The translations under genes were made by a program, and so were the position numbers. A stretch of 56,066 nucleotides of DNA, counting the filler, from Bipalium vagum (lineage: Eukaryota): NCBI GenBank assembly GCA_037834085.1. It is 3 parts of 3 records of this genome, joined end to end, with 100 filler letters (N's around TTAATTAATTAA, not from the genome) between each part and the next. Parts side by side here need not be neighbours in the genome. Positions count along the whole stretch, not along the records: positions 1 to 18,210 come from JBBMKC010036231.1; 2 more parts are not named here. One strand, written 5' to 3'. Positions 1 through 12,149 of this stretch are shown here, one piece after another; position 1 is the first letter of the stretch; each line of letters opens with the position of its first letter. The notes beneath the pieces are model-generated. The model was not told the DNA's origin and ran no database searches. It saw only the letters and a list, made by a program, of their open reading frames with translations.

Positions 1-71
<71 letters not shown>
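1..71. repeat. (TAA)n microsatellite
   Basis: Directly visible. Confidence 0.98.
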
Positions 72-1197
72 GTAACTGACAATTGATTATAACGCGAATA
101 CTAGTAAAGTATCTGGTATTCAAGTATATAAAGAGATTCACTTCAATAAAACGCAGTGTCACACCACATCTTTGAACAATTTTTTTCAGTGATCGAAAAT
201 AAAATTAAAAAATAATGTCCTAAAACTGAAAATTATAACGAAAATGTGTCAATCAATAAATATTTTTTCTGCTTAATCGATAATTCATAATTCATAAGAA
301 AGTGGGTGTGACTTGAAAACATTGTCAAAACATAAATAAAGCATTAAAACGTACAAATGAAGCATGACTACGACTTGATCTTTCATGAAACACTCAGAGA
401 TCGTTTGACAAAACGATCACAAGTAATAATGATCCAGTAACGATCAATGAAGGGGGAATAAAAAAATCCAATAACGGGAAGATCGTCAAACAATGTGCTG
501 AGAAAGCAAAGCCAACGTTAAATCAATCTCACATTTACATGTACTCTCATTTGGGCAACAAAACAAACATTTTTTCTTCCCCTTCTTATTTTTATGGCAC
601 TTGTAATAAAATTCAAAAGCTCAATTAAAACAAAAAAATATAAAAAATTCAGCGACACACGTACACAGCAAAAAAGATCAAAACAGAAAAAAGAAAATCG
701 ATTTTTTGGAAAATGACCTTGCCAAACAAGAATGGAGGTAACAGTCATTTTATTATTGATCTGTCACGAAATTCCACATTTCAATCAATATCTCTCCTTC
801 ATATGAAGAAGCGAAAAAAGAGCTTGTTCGATAACCATGACACACCATCTTCAACACTTGGGTCATCAAATCGATCTCCATGATGATGACCAACAAAACA
901 TAGAAATCGTTCATTTTCAGCATCCATCAATCACACAATGCCTTTAAAACGTTATCATTGATCTGTTCAAACATGAAACCGGAGCATCAAGCACTAACAA
1001 CAGACTCTGTATTGCTCGGATCTACTACCACTACCACTACTCATCTGTAACTAATACCTCTTTCTTTTCTTCTTTCATAATCTCATTTTTCTCATTACTC
1101 GGCTTACATTTTTATTTCATTGATTAAAATATTTTGGTTCCGATATCACCGTAACCATTGGCAGTCATATTATGTTACAATACTGAAACCGGCTTAC

Positions 1198-1695
1198 CAA
1201 CGTCCTCTTCTTTATAGTACTGGATCAACATGGCGATGTTTTTATTATCACTGAGCAACGCTTGTTGATAGGCCGTATGACCCGCTCGATTCTTTATGGA
1301 ACGATTTGCACCTCGAAACAGAAGCAACCGTGCGCAATCCTCCTGGTTCAAATAGGCACATATATGCAAAGGCGTATTGCCGTTCTTTGAAGTTTGGCAG
1401 TTGATGTCGGCCTTGTACTGAAGCAAGCATTCTAAATGCTGAGTCTTTCCAAATCTGCAAGCCTGTAAATTCAAAGAACCGATATTTAAGGAGCTTTTTC
1501 TTTTTTTCCCAATACTAAAAACCCGACCTGGTGTATCTCTTGAAGACCATTTTCGTCTTCGACCCCAATAATGGAATAATCGTAGAGTAGTCTTTCGACA
1601 CACAATACTGTCGAATCGCTGATTATGGAATGGTAAAGAGGAGTGAGACCTTCCAGATCCAAAGTATTCGGAGACTGACCAAGATCCAGAAGGAT
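1198..1695 (-). CDS. SHANK: SHANK exons 6-7 (1695-1528, 1462-1198); ankyrin repeats
   Basis: ILLDLGQSPN..GLTPLYHS..DENGLQEIHQ | 65-bp intron | ACRFGKTQHLE..GNTPLHICA..CARLLLFRGAN; ends at gtaagc donor (phase 1). Confidence 0.93.
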
Positions 1696-2310
1696 CTACA
1701 ATGAGAGAATGTAATCCAAAGCAACAATTCACAATAATTGATAAAAAAAATTTTAAAACGAAATTTTATGTAAAAATAGGAAAAATTATGTAAATGATTC
1801 ATATAATATTATGTATAAAAATTTTATTTAAAATGGAACTTAATTGATTTTTCTGGAATATTATTTCCATAATTTATTATTTTACATTGATTTATTATTA
1901 TATTTTTTATTATAATTATTTATTTAAAATAATTATTGGTGTCATGAGCTTCAAAGAGAGAGATTATTTAAAATCTAATACAAAATTATTTACCTGTTTA
2001 AAATTTATTGATTTATTTTACTATTAATTTTATTTATTGGCATATGGTATTGATCGAACTCAATAAGTCAAAATTGAACGTAATATTTATTTCGCGAAGA
2101 TAATTGAATAGTTTAAAAAGTGCCTCTCATTTACTGAATATTTAAAGATATTAATTTTATTAATTATTTTATTTTAATTAATTATTTTTCTTAAGAATTT
2201 ATCTAACCTTAAAAATTTTTAATTTTAATTTACGAACATGGTTAATAAATTACTCTAAATATATTTTTAAAAATTTTAATTTAAATTTTATCTTTATAAA
2301 TTAATAATTT

Positions 2311-2382
<72 letters not shown>

Positions 2383-5300
2383 TCAAATGTAGTGTCGTTT
2401 TTTTTAGTTCATTACAGACGGGATTCTTATCATTGATTATAGTTTTACATGGCTTGTAATAATTCAGACCTTTCTAAACACGAAGCCCTTTGTAAAGACA
2501 CATAAAAAAGGAACTCCTGGAAATCTATTTTTATAAAATGGTCATAGACACATATATTATTAATAGATCGCCATTTTTGTCGCTATGGTAATAAAAAAGC
2601 TTATGAAAACGACGAGGGACTTTTGAGAATTCCAACTGCCGACATGAAAAGAATAATAAATAAATAAAATCTGAATCCGATGAAAATAACGACAAAATTA
2701 AATCCATTATTTGTCAGTTTCTCTTTCCAGTGGGATGTGAGAACTAATTGCGTTTGGGATAATTATCCAAATAAAAAATGTCCGTGATTATTTCCATGCA
2801 TGTCGAACTAAGAGGGAAGCTTTGTTAAAAATAAATGTTCTCCGAAAAGGGACAGACAAATCGACTTTTCTAAATCCAATTAAGCACCAAAGCTTTGTTG
2901 TACAATACTGGCCTTGTCCTTTTAAAAGTTTATGGTGAACATAACAGTAGAAAAGAGAACAAGGTTTATTTTAATCGGGGATAAAAAACGGCTTCAATCA
3001 CCAATCTAATCAGAACAAGACCATAAAAAATAATATATATAAACATGAATAATAATATTATTATTATTTATATTATAAATACAGAGTGTCCCTGTGAGAT
3101 ATATTGAAAATTAGTTGGGGGATGTAGCTCAGTGGTCAGAGCAGTGCATGCGCATGTGAAGGTCCCGGGTTTGAATCCCGGTATCTCCGATTAATTTTCA
3201 ACTAATAGTCCCAAAAGAAGATTTACCAATTAGAACATTTTATAAATATAAAGCATTTTTGTTTAAATAAAGTAATGTTAAACCTTTTTTTAGCTCAATA
3301 TTTGAAAATTCATTATGCACGCTTCAAGGTGCCACAACGGGCAGAAATCGAAATGTTTTTTACCTAAAAGTATCAATGTATGTTTCATGACCTACAAAAT
3401 GACCTATGTTGGGTTTTTGACCTACATAGAAACCAAAGTCCATAATAACAGGAAAGATAAAATTGGCAACCAACGATTATATTTTTATTAACAAATTCAT
3501 CGTTTCTTCAAAGCTCTTATGGTATAGTGTAACCACACGACCTCTTGGAAAAAATCACCTCTGAGCTGATTATGTGCTCCGTGCACAGCTTTCAGCCTTT
3601 CTTTGATCTTGTCGTTGCAGCTTTCGAAGTTCTGTGTGCGGACATTGCGCTCATAATCAACAAATTGATATTTATGACAAACAGACTCATGTACATACAC
3701 GTTTTGTGTAAGTCGCGATTACCCCCACCTCCTCCAGTGTTCATTTGGACCACCTAACAAGACAGGACTTTTATCAAAATATTTTTTATTATTATCCCAA
3801 TTTCTAAAGAATTTCTTGGATCTGTTATTTTGGAATCTCCAAGCCTCGCCGTCGATAGTTCTGTTAGTTCGATTCATAATGTCATCGTACTGGTTGCACA
3901 TATTGATTTACTGTAGAAAATAATCTTAATTTAAGTTTGATTTATATGATGAACTTATCCAATGAGGCAATGTGCCAAAAATGACCTATTATTTTCCCTT
4001 GTGTCAAATATGACCTGCTCATTACCCAATGTGTGTAATTTGGCCTACAATGTTGCAATAAGTCGAAGAAAAAAATTGTCCAAAATGTTTATCGAAGAGG
4101 TAGCTCAAATTCAGTTACCGTAAGATAACTAAATGCAAAATTTCAGAAAAACAACAGAGTCCATCTAGGCCAACAATGTTCAGCCTGGCCAAGGCATATG
4201 AAACATTTGGGTCCGTAGCAGACAGAAATTTCTCCATCTCTCGTTTCATTGATTTTGATTGGTCTCCCAGATGTATCGATTTGACTGTTCTTGACCATTT
4301 CTTATGGCGATATCTTTAAGATAAAGTTCATACAAATTACCAAACAACAATTACACAACTGAAGCATAACATTTCTCCACAATCACTTTGATTTCAACGC
4401 ACTTAGGCGCCATGCTATAAAAAGATCCGAAAGTTTTGAGGCTGTCAGGGGCGGTCATTTTTGTGAAATCATATTTAAATTGTGCATTTTTGCAATGTCG
4501 GTATTTACATAGACCTAAAAAAATTGCTTCCCAGATGATCAAAGAGAATTATTCTGGACACCGTTGCTAGCTTCGACACAGTCGATCTTCGGTATTATCA
4601 CAGAAAGACGAGAAATGCAGAGAAAGATTAATTGCGTACGAGTCACATGCATGTCTAGTCACGAGAAAGGATATTGTATTACCCGGAAAGAACTACTACA
4701 CATCTACAATTTTTGCAAGCATTTCAATCATCACTTGTTAGGGAAAAGGTTTACACTACGTACCGATCACAATGTTATATTAAACCACTACACATTGATG
4801 GTTTTGGGTACTTTCAGATCTTCATGTTCTATAGCTCTTTCTATTACGTACTTGAAGACTATAAACCCTGTTGAAATGGTATTTTTGGTACCCTCGTGTA
4901 CTACCCTTTTTGATTTTTCTTCTTCCTTTACATCTTTCTCAGTTATTGAGTTTCTAATCTTTTTTTGCATTTATGATTTTTTCTGTCTGGATAGATGTAT
5001 TCTTTGCTAATCTCTCCTTAATAATATCCGGCTCTTTATCAATCTCTTTTAGTCTCATGTTAGTGACCTATGAATTAATCCTTTTATCAAGATACTTTTA
5101 TATTTTTCTTTACAGAAACATTTGTTTGGAGTATATAGTTCTGTATCCGTCTCCGTTCTCTATATACTGGTCTCTAATTGATTCTTCCCTTTCTCTTTTT
5201 TAATAAGATATAAAATGGCAGTTTTTCATCTTTTTCTTTCTCCATCGTTAATTTTATATTTTCATGTAGACTATTTATGAATGTAAGAAATGGATCGATA

Positions 5301-8300
5301 TGATTATCAATCTTCAATATTAATATTGATATTAATATTCAATATTTCCTCGATACTTATCGATTTTCATTTCTAAGTGATCCATGAGCAGTGTTAAAAG
5401 TCTTGGTCGATTTATTTTCAAAAATTTTCTCGATGTTGTGATTTGCGGTTTTTTATGCATCAATCGAGATTCATAATAGATATGGCGGCGAAAAACGTGC
5501 ATATCAATGGGATTCGATTTAAACAACAAAGTTTTAACAGTGGTTATAATTTTTTTGGCTCTCAAAAAGCGAACCATTTCAATGAGTAATATGTGAAGTC
5601 TGGTTTCAAAAAAAGGAATTCATCTTTCGTTGTCTTAGACCTACAATGAAGATTATTCATCAAATAAAACATTCATTTCTCATTCTCTCAAGTTTGACCT
5701 TTGACAAAACGATGAAGTAATAATATATTTCAACAATTCTATTGTCTTTCTTTAATTCGCTTGAACTTGTGAAGTTTATCTCTATGGATTTCTGACATCA
5801 TTATAATCAATAATAACGTAAACAACACGTGAATAAAATGAAAAATCAATATTTTATTAAAATTGATAATATTTTATTAATATTCATCAATATTAAAAAT
5901 AATAGATATTAATAATAAATTATTATTATTTATTATTATTATTATTGTTTTTTTTATTATTATTGTTTTTTTTATTATTATTGTTTTTATTATTATTATT
6001 TATTGTTATTATTATTTATTATTAATATTATTAATATTATTAATATTTTAAAATGATGTATTTTTGGAGTGGTAATTTTTTTCATGTTTTATTAAAAAAA
6101 ATTCAAATTTAATAGAAAAATGTAAAATATTTAATTAAACCCATCTTTCCCCATTTTTTAACAATGGCCATTAAACGAGCAAGGACGTGGTGCGACATTA
6201 TAGTGCTGGAACATGATATTCTTATCAAATTTGGCCTGGAATATTCAATCGTTTTCTTTAATCCAACAGTAGGACAACATAATTTTTTTTCATGCCAATC
6301 ACTGTTTTGAGACGGTCGTGTGGCATCAAAACGTCAAAATTCCTTTTCAATCCAAAGTTATCCATTTTTTTCAATCGTAATCAATATCAAAAGAGAATAT
6401 TTAAATAAATATTTTATTTTTATATATTAACAAAATAATATATAATTAAAATATATATAATTAATTCTTGATTATATATAATCAATTTTTAATTAAATAT
6501 TAGGTGTACAAACAAGTTTTAAAACGTTTTTATTAAGCATATTTCTTCAATTTAATCTTGAATATTATTTATTGTAAACATTCTATATTTGTAGCATTTT
6601 ATCGATTTTATTTAATAATCTAATAATAATAATCGAAGTTTAAACGTAATATTTTAGATTAAGAAACTATGACTGATAAATTATTTATTTGTCACTGCAT
6701 TCGCTATGAATTTCATCATGGAAAATCGGCTGCAGCTGCCTATGCATCTAAATGTCCCATACGTGGAGATGGTATTGTTTCCAAAAGTACTTAGAAATTT
6801 TTGTTTCGCAGATTTTGAGCAGCAAATTTCAGCGTGAACGTTCATGAAAGTAACGGGGCTTAAATTTAAATTCATTAAAAACACAAGAGGAATTTGCTGA
6901 AAACCTTGGAGTAACTCAACAAACGATTTCCAATCAATTGCGTGTCATGGAAAAAATTCAAATGTATTGAAAGTGGATACCAGGCACATTGAGTCAGAAA
7001 AATAAAGATGGCCGTATCATCATGTGCTCCAATCTCCTTACTAAACAGTTTAGAAAATCTTTCTTGTAGAAATTAGTCACTGGTGACGAGAAATAGATCT
7101 ATTTCGACAATCCTAAAAGAATAAAACGCTTAGAAGATCCAGGCCAATCAACAGAATGCAAATCAAAACGTCCAGTGCATTGCAATAGACTAAAATATTT
7201 ATTTGGTTGGATATCAAGGGCATGCTGTATCATGAATTTCTTCAACCGAATGAAACTGTTAATGGTGATCTCTATAAACAAAAGTTGCAGCGATTGAATG
7301 AACAAATCTAAAACGTTTATTAACAGGCAGATTGGCGTCCAATAAAATTGCTTCATGATAACGTTATGTTATTACAAGATCAGTTAAGTATGGGTTAGTA
7401 ACACCGGTTTATAGTCCCAATTTCGAGCCAACAGACTATTATCTGATTCTCTCAATGAAAAATTCCTTGCCTGGTGTGTACGCTTGCGAAGGCTTGAGGA
7501 AATCCGAAGAAATGGGTTGATGACTTCCTCAAATCAAAGAACGTAAAGCTTCTTTCAAACCGCAATTCATTCCGTATCTGAGAAATGTTGTAAGGCGATA
7601 GACAGCAATGGTGAATATTTTGAAGACCAATTGTGTCATTCTTCTTTATAATAAATGTGGAAACATTTGAAAAAATCGATTTCAAATGTATTTGTGCACA
7701 TAATATATTTTTAAATATAATTAATTTTTAATTAAATATTATTTCCATTTTTATACAATACGAAATGGCTGCCCCTCACCCATTATTATTTATTATATTA
7801 TCTTTCTGGTGACAACGGACAAAACTTGACACTTTCAATCAATAGACCTGGTGCAGGTTCGAAATATAAATATTGATTTAAAAATTTTCTCATTACGTTT
7901 TACATTGTCAATGGTAATCTTTTCCAGAAATAATATTGTATACATTCATTATTGACAAAACGTAATTAACACCCATGATAAAAGTCTTTGCCCACCTTGA
8001 CAGCTTCAAGATTGCCAAGTATCGCAGCCGCGTGCAACGGAGTGTGACCATTGGTGTGTCTGAAATCGAGATGAGCGCCTCCTTCGACGAGAATCTTTAT
8101 GATTTCGACCGGTTGACTGAGGCTGCAAGCTTTGATGAGAGGAGTCTCTGAAAAACGAAAAGGAAACCCGCTAAAATGTCAAGTCACACACCATCTCAAC
8201 AAGTTACCTCCAGTTTCTTTATTTTGAAAGTTTGGATCCAGGCCCTTGTTCAAAAGTTTCGCAATTTTGGCAGTGTCACCGGCTCCGATGTACTCCATGA

Positions 8301-10759
8301 ACAGCTTCAAGTTTGCCTGAAAGACATTCCATGCAGACCGGTACCGTGAATCAATAATAAATAATTACCTTGGAGTGCAACTTCTTCAGCTTGGTGACGT
8401 TGATGTTTGTGCATCTATAGAGGCGACGTTTGTAGCGAAGCTGAAAAAATGGCGAACATCAGAACATCACCCGGTGCAGGACAAAAGGAGATCAGATGAC
8501 TAATCAGAGTTAACAACAACAAATGAAAACCGTGTGATTGTGACTGCGTGTGTGCGTGTCAGTGAATGTGGTGATTGTAAAATGGTACCCATAAAGATGT
8601 TTTGTTGGTCTCAAGTGGACCAGATGACTGGACACGATGACTCATGCCCACGTCGTTCACAACACAAACACACACACACACACAACCAGTGATCAAAGCG
8701 CACGACGCACAGCCTATTGTTTGCGAGACCGGCCGAGTGGTCCGACAACGGCCATTTTGACAACCATGTTGGATCTTGTTTCAGTTGGCCGTGAGCGATC
8801 AATTCGCATCGCTCAACGTCTCAAAACAGAGACAACCAAAACAACAAGAGCAAAAATGAAAAAGAACGAGACGAGTTCGGAGAAAGGTCAATGTGGGAAA
8901 ACAAAATTGGAAATCGATTGGAGTTTTCTGACAGACGGTTCACAACAGACGACAATCGTCAGCGGGACGGAAGAAATTTGTGGAAGCTCATTTCCCGGCT
9001 CTTTAACGGGGATCACGACCACTGAGTCGTATCCGGTCGACTCAGTCAAGCAGAGAAACGTTATTAACTTTCAGCTGCCAAGTCTCGCTCGAGTTTAATT
9101 AGGAAAACTGTGACATGTTCCAGCTGGCTTATTAAAGTATTTTATTATTATCATTATTATTATTATCATTATAGTTCAGTGAAAGGGTGAAAATATATTA
9201 CTTCCACGATCTGGTTGCTGTTCTGGAAGCCGTACTCCTTCAAGGGCCGTTCTTCCAAAAGAAATTTCCCCGCTTTACCGTCGGTTGGAGGAATGAAAAG
9301 TCCATAGTTCAGTGAATCTTTGAGATTTGTAGACAAATTGTTCATCACTTTGCTTTTCAGAACAGCGACGGTCTCGGAGGGAATGACAGTAACAAGATTC
9401 TGAAATGAAACCGTTTTCATTGGACATGTTAAATTTTCCAAGTGAAAATCGATATAACGATTTTAAAGTTTAAAAATAGAGAGTTACTTAACGTCGACTT
9501 TTGAAATGGAAAAGGTGGATGGTCGAAATTGGAGAAATGAGTGACCCTGTTCTCCATAATAATGTTGTATAAGGCACTCGGAGAACATTGGAGAGAGTTA
9601 ACGTTTCCCAGGAGATATTTTATCGTTGAATGGAAAGGGACAGGTTTAATATGAGACTCTCCATTTAAGGTAACCTATAAACCGAGGATAACGTCGAGAA
9701 AAGAACCCGAAAACCAATAAGAATCGTGAGATAACAGTGACCATACAAGAAAGAGGAGAACAGTGAAATTAAATTGGACAAAAAACGTTGAGCACGTAAA
9801 ATATTGATTTGTCTTAAACTCTATTTCTCTTGGGTAAGTGTCTCATAATCTCTATAAAGTGGTGGTACCAAAATTGTGTATACGATCAATTGTATTGACA
9901 GTGAGAAAAAAATCGATCGGTCCAGCTCAAGAAAAACTATAATTTTTCGTTATGCGCTTAGGAAGCTTTGGCAAAGATGAAATAATCAATAATGTATCGC
10001 TTCAGAAAAATAACAAAGTGAAAAATAATATATATAAATAAAATCACGGAAAATATAAAATATAATTAATAATTATAACTGACGAGAGAGGATAATATTT
10101 TTGTTAAGTTGGACAAAATTGTTGGGTAACCGTTACGCTATGTCTGTCAGTCGATTAAGACAACTACAAAAGATGCTGGACACAGAAAACAGAGCCCAGA
10201 GCGAGTTTGTTGTGTTCTTGAAAGCCTTGGTTGAAAATTACAGACAACTTGTGGCTTTGAAATCGAGAATGTTCCCTGTGAATGCAGTCACTCCTGCACG
10301 ACGAACCTCATTTTTCCACTGCTCTGGGAAAGATCTACACAGACCAAACTAGTTTTATTTCTCAAGCAATTCCTTTTCCAATGAACATAACGAAGCTTTG
10401 AATGTTTCTTAGTTACAAAATCGATCCATTTTGTTTCTAAAGATAATCGATATCACTTGTCCACAATAGTTTTCAAGGTCTCTCTTTCTCTCTTAATGTT
10501 ACTGTTCTAAAGAGTGACTGGTATTGATTGAAACTCGTTAAAATCGAAATAAATTTTGAATGACAAGAGAGTTCATAATTTTATAAATATAAATAAATAA
10601 TAATGAAAACGAAAACGAAACGAATACCTTTAGATTGAGATCTGGAACTTTTATTTCGACTTTAAAACAAGCAAGTCCATTTGAAGCTACTAGTGAACTT
10701 CCATAATGACTGCCGTCAAGACTGATAGACAAGCCAGAGTCACTATCACATATACTCAT
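1198..10759 (-). CDS. SHANK: SHANK-family (SH3 and multiple ankyrin repeat domains) scaffold protein, 5' part; 7 exons, continues beyond the left window edge
   Basis: Hand-spliced exons 10759-10628, 9399-9202, 8440-8369, 8316-8208, 8147-7996, 1695-1528 and 1462-1198 all have GT..AG boundaries and compatible phases (1096 nt, open throughout). The translation follows the SHANK N-terminus co-linearly: KVPDLNLK / DSLNYGLFIPPTDGKAGKFLLEERPLKEY / LRYKRRLY..KLHSKANLKLFMEY / KGLDPNF / GGAHLDFR / GLTPLYHS / DENGLQEIHQACRFGKTQHLE / GNTPLHICAYLNQEDCARLLLFRGANR. Confidence 0.93.
2315..2380. repeat. (TAA)n microsatellite
   Basis: Directly visible. Confidence 0.97.
3093..3207 (+). mobile_element. Solo LTR-like unit (115 bp) containing a tRNA-Ala-derived sequence; 5-bp TSD GTCCC
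   Basis: Starts TGTGAG and ends CTAATA (CTAACA in copy 2). GTCCC lies immediately on both sides (3088-3092, 3208-3212). About 88% identical over its full length (hand alignment) to 30006-30119 on the minus strand. Confidence 0.8.
3118..3189 (+). tRNA. tRNA-Ala(CGC)-derived sequence, probably non-functional (embedded in LTR)
   Basis: GGGGATG/TATCTCC acceptor stem with G3:U70 Ala determinant, A-box TAGCTCAGTGG, B-box-like GGTTTGAATCC. The anticodon stem (GTGCA/GTGAA) does not pair and the discriminator is G. Confidence 0.7.
3497..3901 (-). mobile_element. Merlin/IS1595(ISXO2)-like DNA transposase remnant, internally deleted
   Basis: LLGGPN and HESVCHKYQFVDY..NVRTQNFES..KIK..FFQEVVW match the Merlin LGGP and H.tV.H...FV....v.Tq.iES motifs; short ATGACCTA-type repeats flank it (~3385-3425, ~3970-4050). 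Confidence 0.65.
4541..4772 (+). mobile_element. Ty3/Gypsy pol RNase H fragment (frameshifted)
   Basis: ILDTVASFDTV ... SHEKGYCITRKELLHIY.FCKHFNHHLLGKRFTLRTDH matches the Gypsy RNase H D-A-S / Y..T..ELL / F.LRTDH motifs. Confidence 0.85.
6500..7703 (+). mobile_element. Near-full-length degenerate mariner (DD34D) element in SHANK intron 5
   Basis: TA-flanked imperfect TIRs (ttaggtgtacaaacaag.. / ..gtatttgtgcacataa); motifs KWIPGTL, VTGDEK*IYFDN, HDN, YSPNFEPTDYYL with stops and frameshifts. Confidence 0.85.
7996..8440 (-). CDS. SHANK: SHANK exons 3-5 (8440-8369, 8316-8208, 8147-7996); linker and first ankyrin repeats
   Basis: Introns of 52 and 60 bp with canonical ends; LRYKRRLY..., KGLDPNFQNKETGETPL..., GGAHLDFRHTNGHTPLHAAA. 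Missed by the ORF track. Confidence 0.92.
9202..9399 (-). CDS. SHANK: SHANK exon 2 (SPN domain)
   Basis: tttcag|NLVTV...LNYGLFIPPTDGKAGKFLLEER...IVE|gtaata, 198 nt. Confidence 0.93.
10479..10610. repeat. Left arm of 132-bp inverted repeat (partner 13076-13207)
   Basis: Reverse complement of 13076-13207 matches with ~6 mismatches and no gaps (hand count). Confidence 0.92.
10628..10759 (-). CDS. SHANK: SHANK exon 1 (ATG; start of SPN/ubiquitin-like domain)
   Basis: MSICD...FKVEIKVPDLNLK|gtattc, phase 0; aligns to the SHANK 'VRVGIPDLQQTK' segment. Confidence 0.8.
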
Positions 10760-11964
10760 TTATAAAATATGTAATGTACTTTTATGTTTGCCTGTGTGCC
10801 CCTAGTTTCCTCTACAATATTGGGTCAGTTTATGCATCGAAATTAAATGGTAATAATAACTTCTAATGAACGAAAACCTTTTTAAATCGCGTGCAGTATA
10901 AATATGATGAAAGTAGTCATTTTAAACAAAACTCGTCTTATTAACAATTCGCTGGTGCATTTTAAATAATCTTTCTCGTACAAAATCAAAGACTCAGCAA
11001 CGATACGGAAACATTTCGTAAATATTATTATTAATAATATTTTTATAAATAATAGTAATATTTACGAAAAATTTTCTTTTTTTGTTATATATTTTAAATA
11101 CTATTTTAGGAACATAATGAGATCTCGCGTCATTTTATGATTGAAAATCATTATTTTGACAAGAAGTTGAGATTTCAAAATATTTACTTAATACTCCAAA
11201 ATCGATTCTCACACGGATCGTTGACTCGAAATTGTCTCGTTGTGACAAAACCTTCAGAACTATTAATAATAATTAATCAAACCTGCTATATGGGACTCTT
11301 TCACTAATTGTGGTTAGGTTCTCTAATAACTTTATCGATACAAGCTATCACGATAAGACAATAAACTTAATTTTTTTCTAATACAATACTTACACAATAA
11401 ATGTCAATAATTCTCCCAACTGTTTTATCGTGAATAAGCAAACATTCAGCAATATTCCACTTCTTATCACAATTGATTTGTAGCAAATAAAATGTATATA
11501 ACATCAATAATTCTTTTGTCGTGACCTGATTTACTCTTTCTGCACATTAGCCCTTTATTCTGAAATGGTTTTATTTATTTAGAGTTTGATAATATTAAGA
11601 AGAACATTAACCAATTTCTATCTTCATCCCTGGTTCTCTAACTATCTATTCTTGCTCTTCGACTCTAACAATTCTCTTTTAGTGCGTTCTCTATTCAGGA
11701 ATAAATAAAAAGGAACAAATATTGACAAACTTTTACCAAATTTATTCAATAAACACTGAAGGAAAATAAAAGTAACACATCACAAATAATCACATTCGAT
11801 CTGACCAATTCTTCTTTCTAGTTTGCTCAATTCACCTCCGAATTCGATTCTATCTTTTCTTTAATTTCACTGCAATTTCAATTTCGAATTTCGACTAACC
11901 ATCGCATGCATTTTGGAGAATCTGCTACTCATTATATAGGAACCACCAGCCAATGAATATTTCC

Positions 11965-12149
11965 TTTTTCCATTAGTTAACCGGGAACTTTTAATTATTC
12001 AGCTGAGCCCAAACGTATTCGCCTAAACTGAATATCCAATTCTACGACTTTCAGGTCCGCCATCTCCCCTTTTCCATTAATCAATGGTGAAACCAAGAGT
12101 TTAATTATTCAGATCATCCCGAACGTATTCATCTGAGCTGAATAATTAA
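11965..12149. repeat. Two imperfect tandem ~110-bp units, each with a hairpin core; third inverted copy near 17355-17395
   Basis: ttttccatta...ttaattattcag..cc.aacgtattc..ct.a.ctgaata occurs at 110-bp spacing (cores 11993-12033 and 12101-12149). Confidence 0.75.

Noticed and set aside
2400-2960. Possible piggyBac remnant (KLWCL, YLDNY on the minus strand)
   Set aside because: Motifs too degraded and no TTAA/TIR found.
3118-3189. Functional tRNA-Ala gene or ordinary tRNA-SINE
   Set aside because: The anticodon stem is unpaired. Shared sequence upstream of the tRNA, TG..CA termini, a fixed TSD and the adjacent PPT/PBS fit an LTR element better than a SINE.
8637-9098. 153-aa plus-strand ORF as a protein-coding gene
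   Set aside because: Antisense within a SHANK intron, includes a (CA)n-derived THTHT run, and shows no domain motifs.
9488-9674. Acceptor/donor-bounded open block in SHANK intron 1 as a cassette exon
   Set aside because: It ends in phase 1 while exon 2 needs phase 0, it would split the SPN domain, and the peptide has no recognisable similarity.
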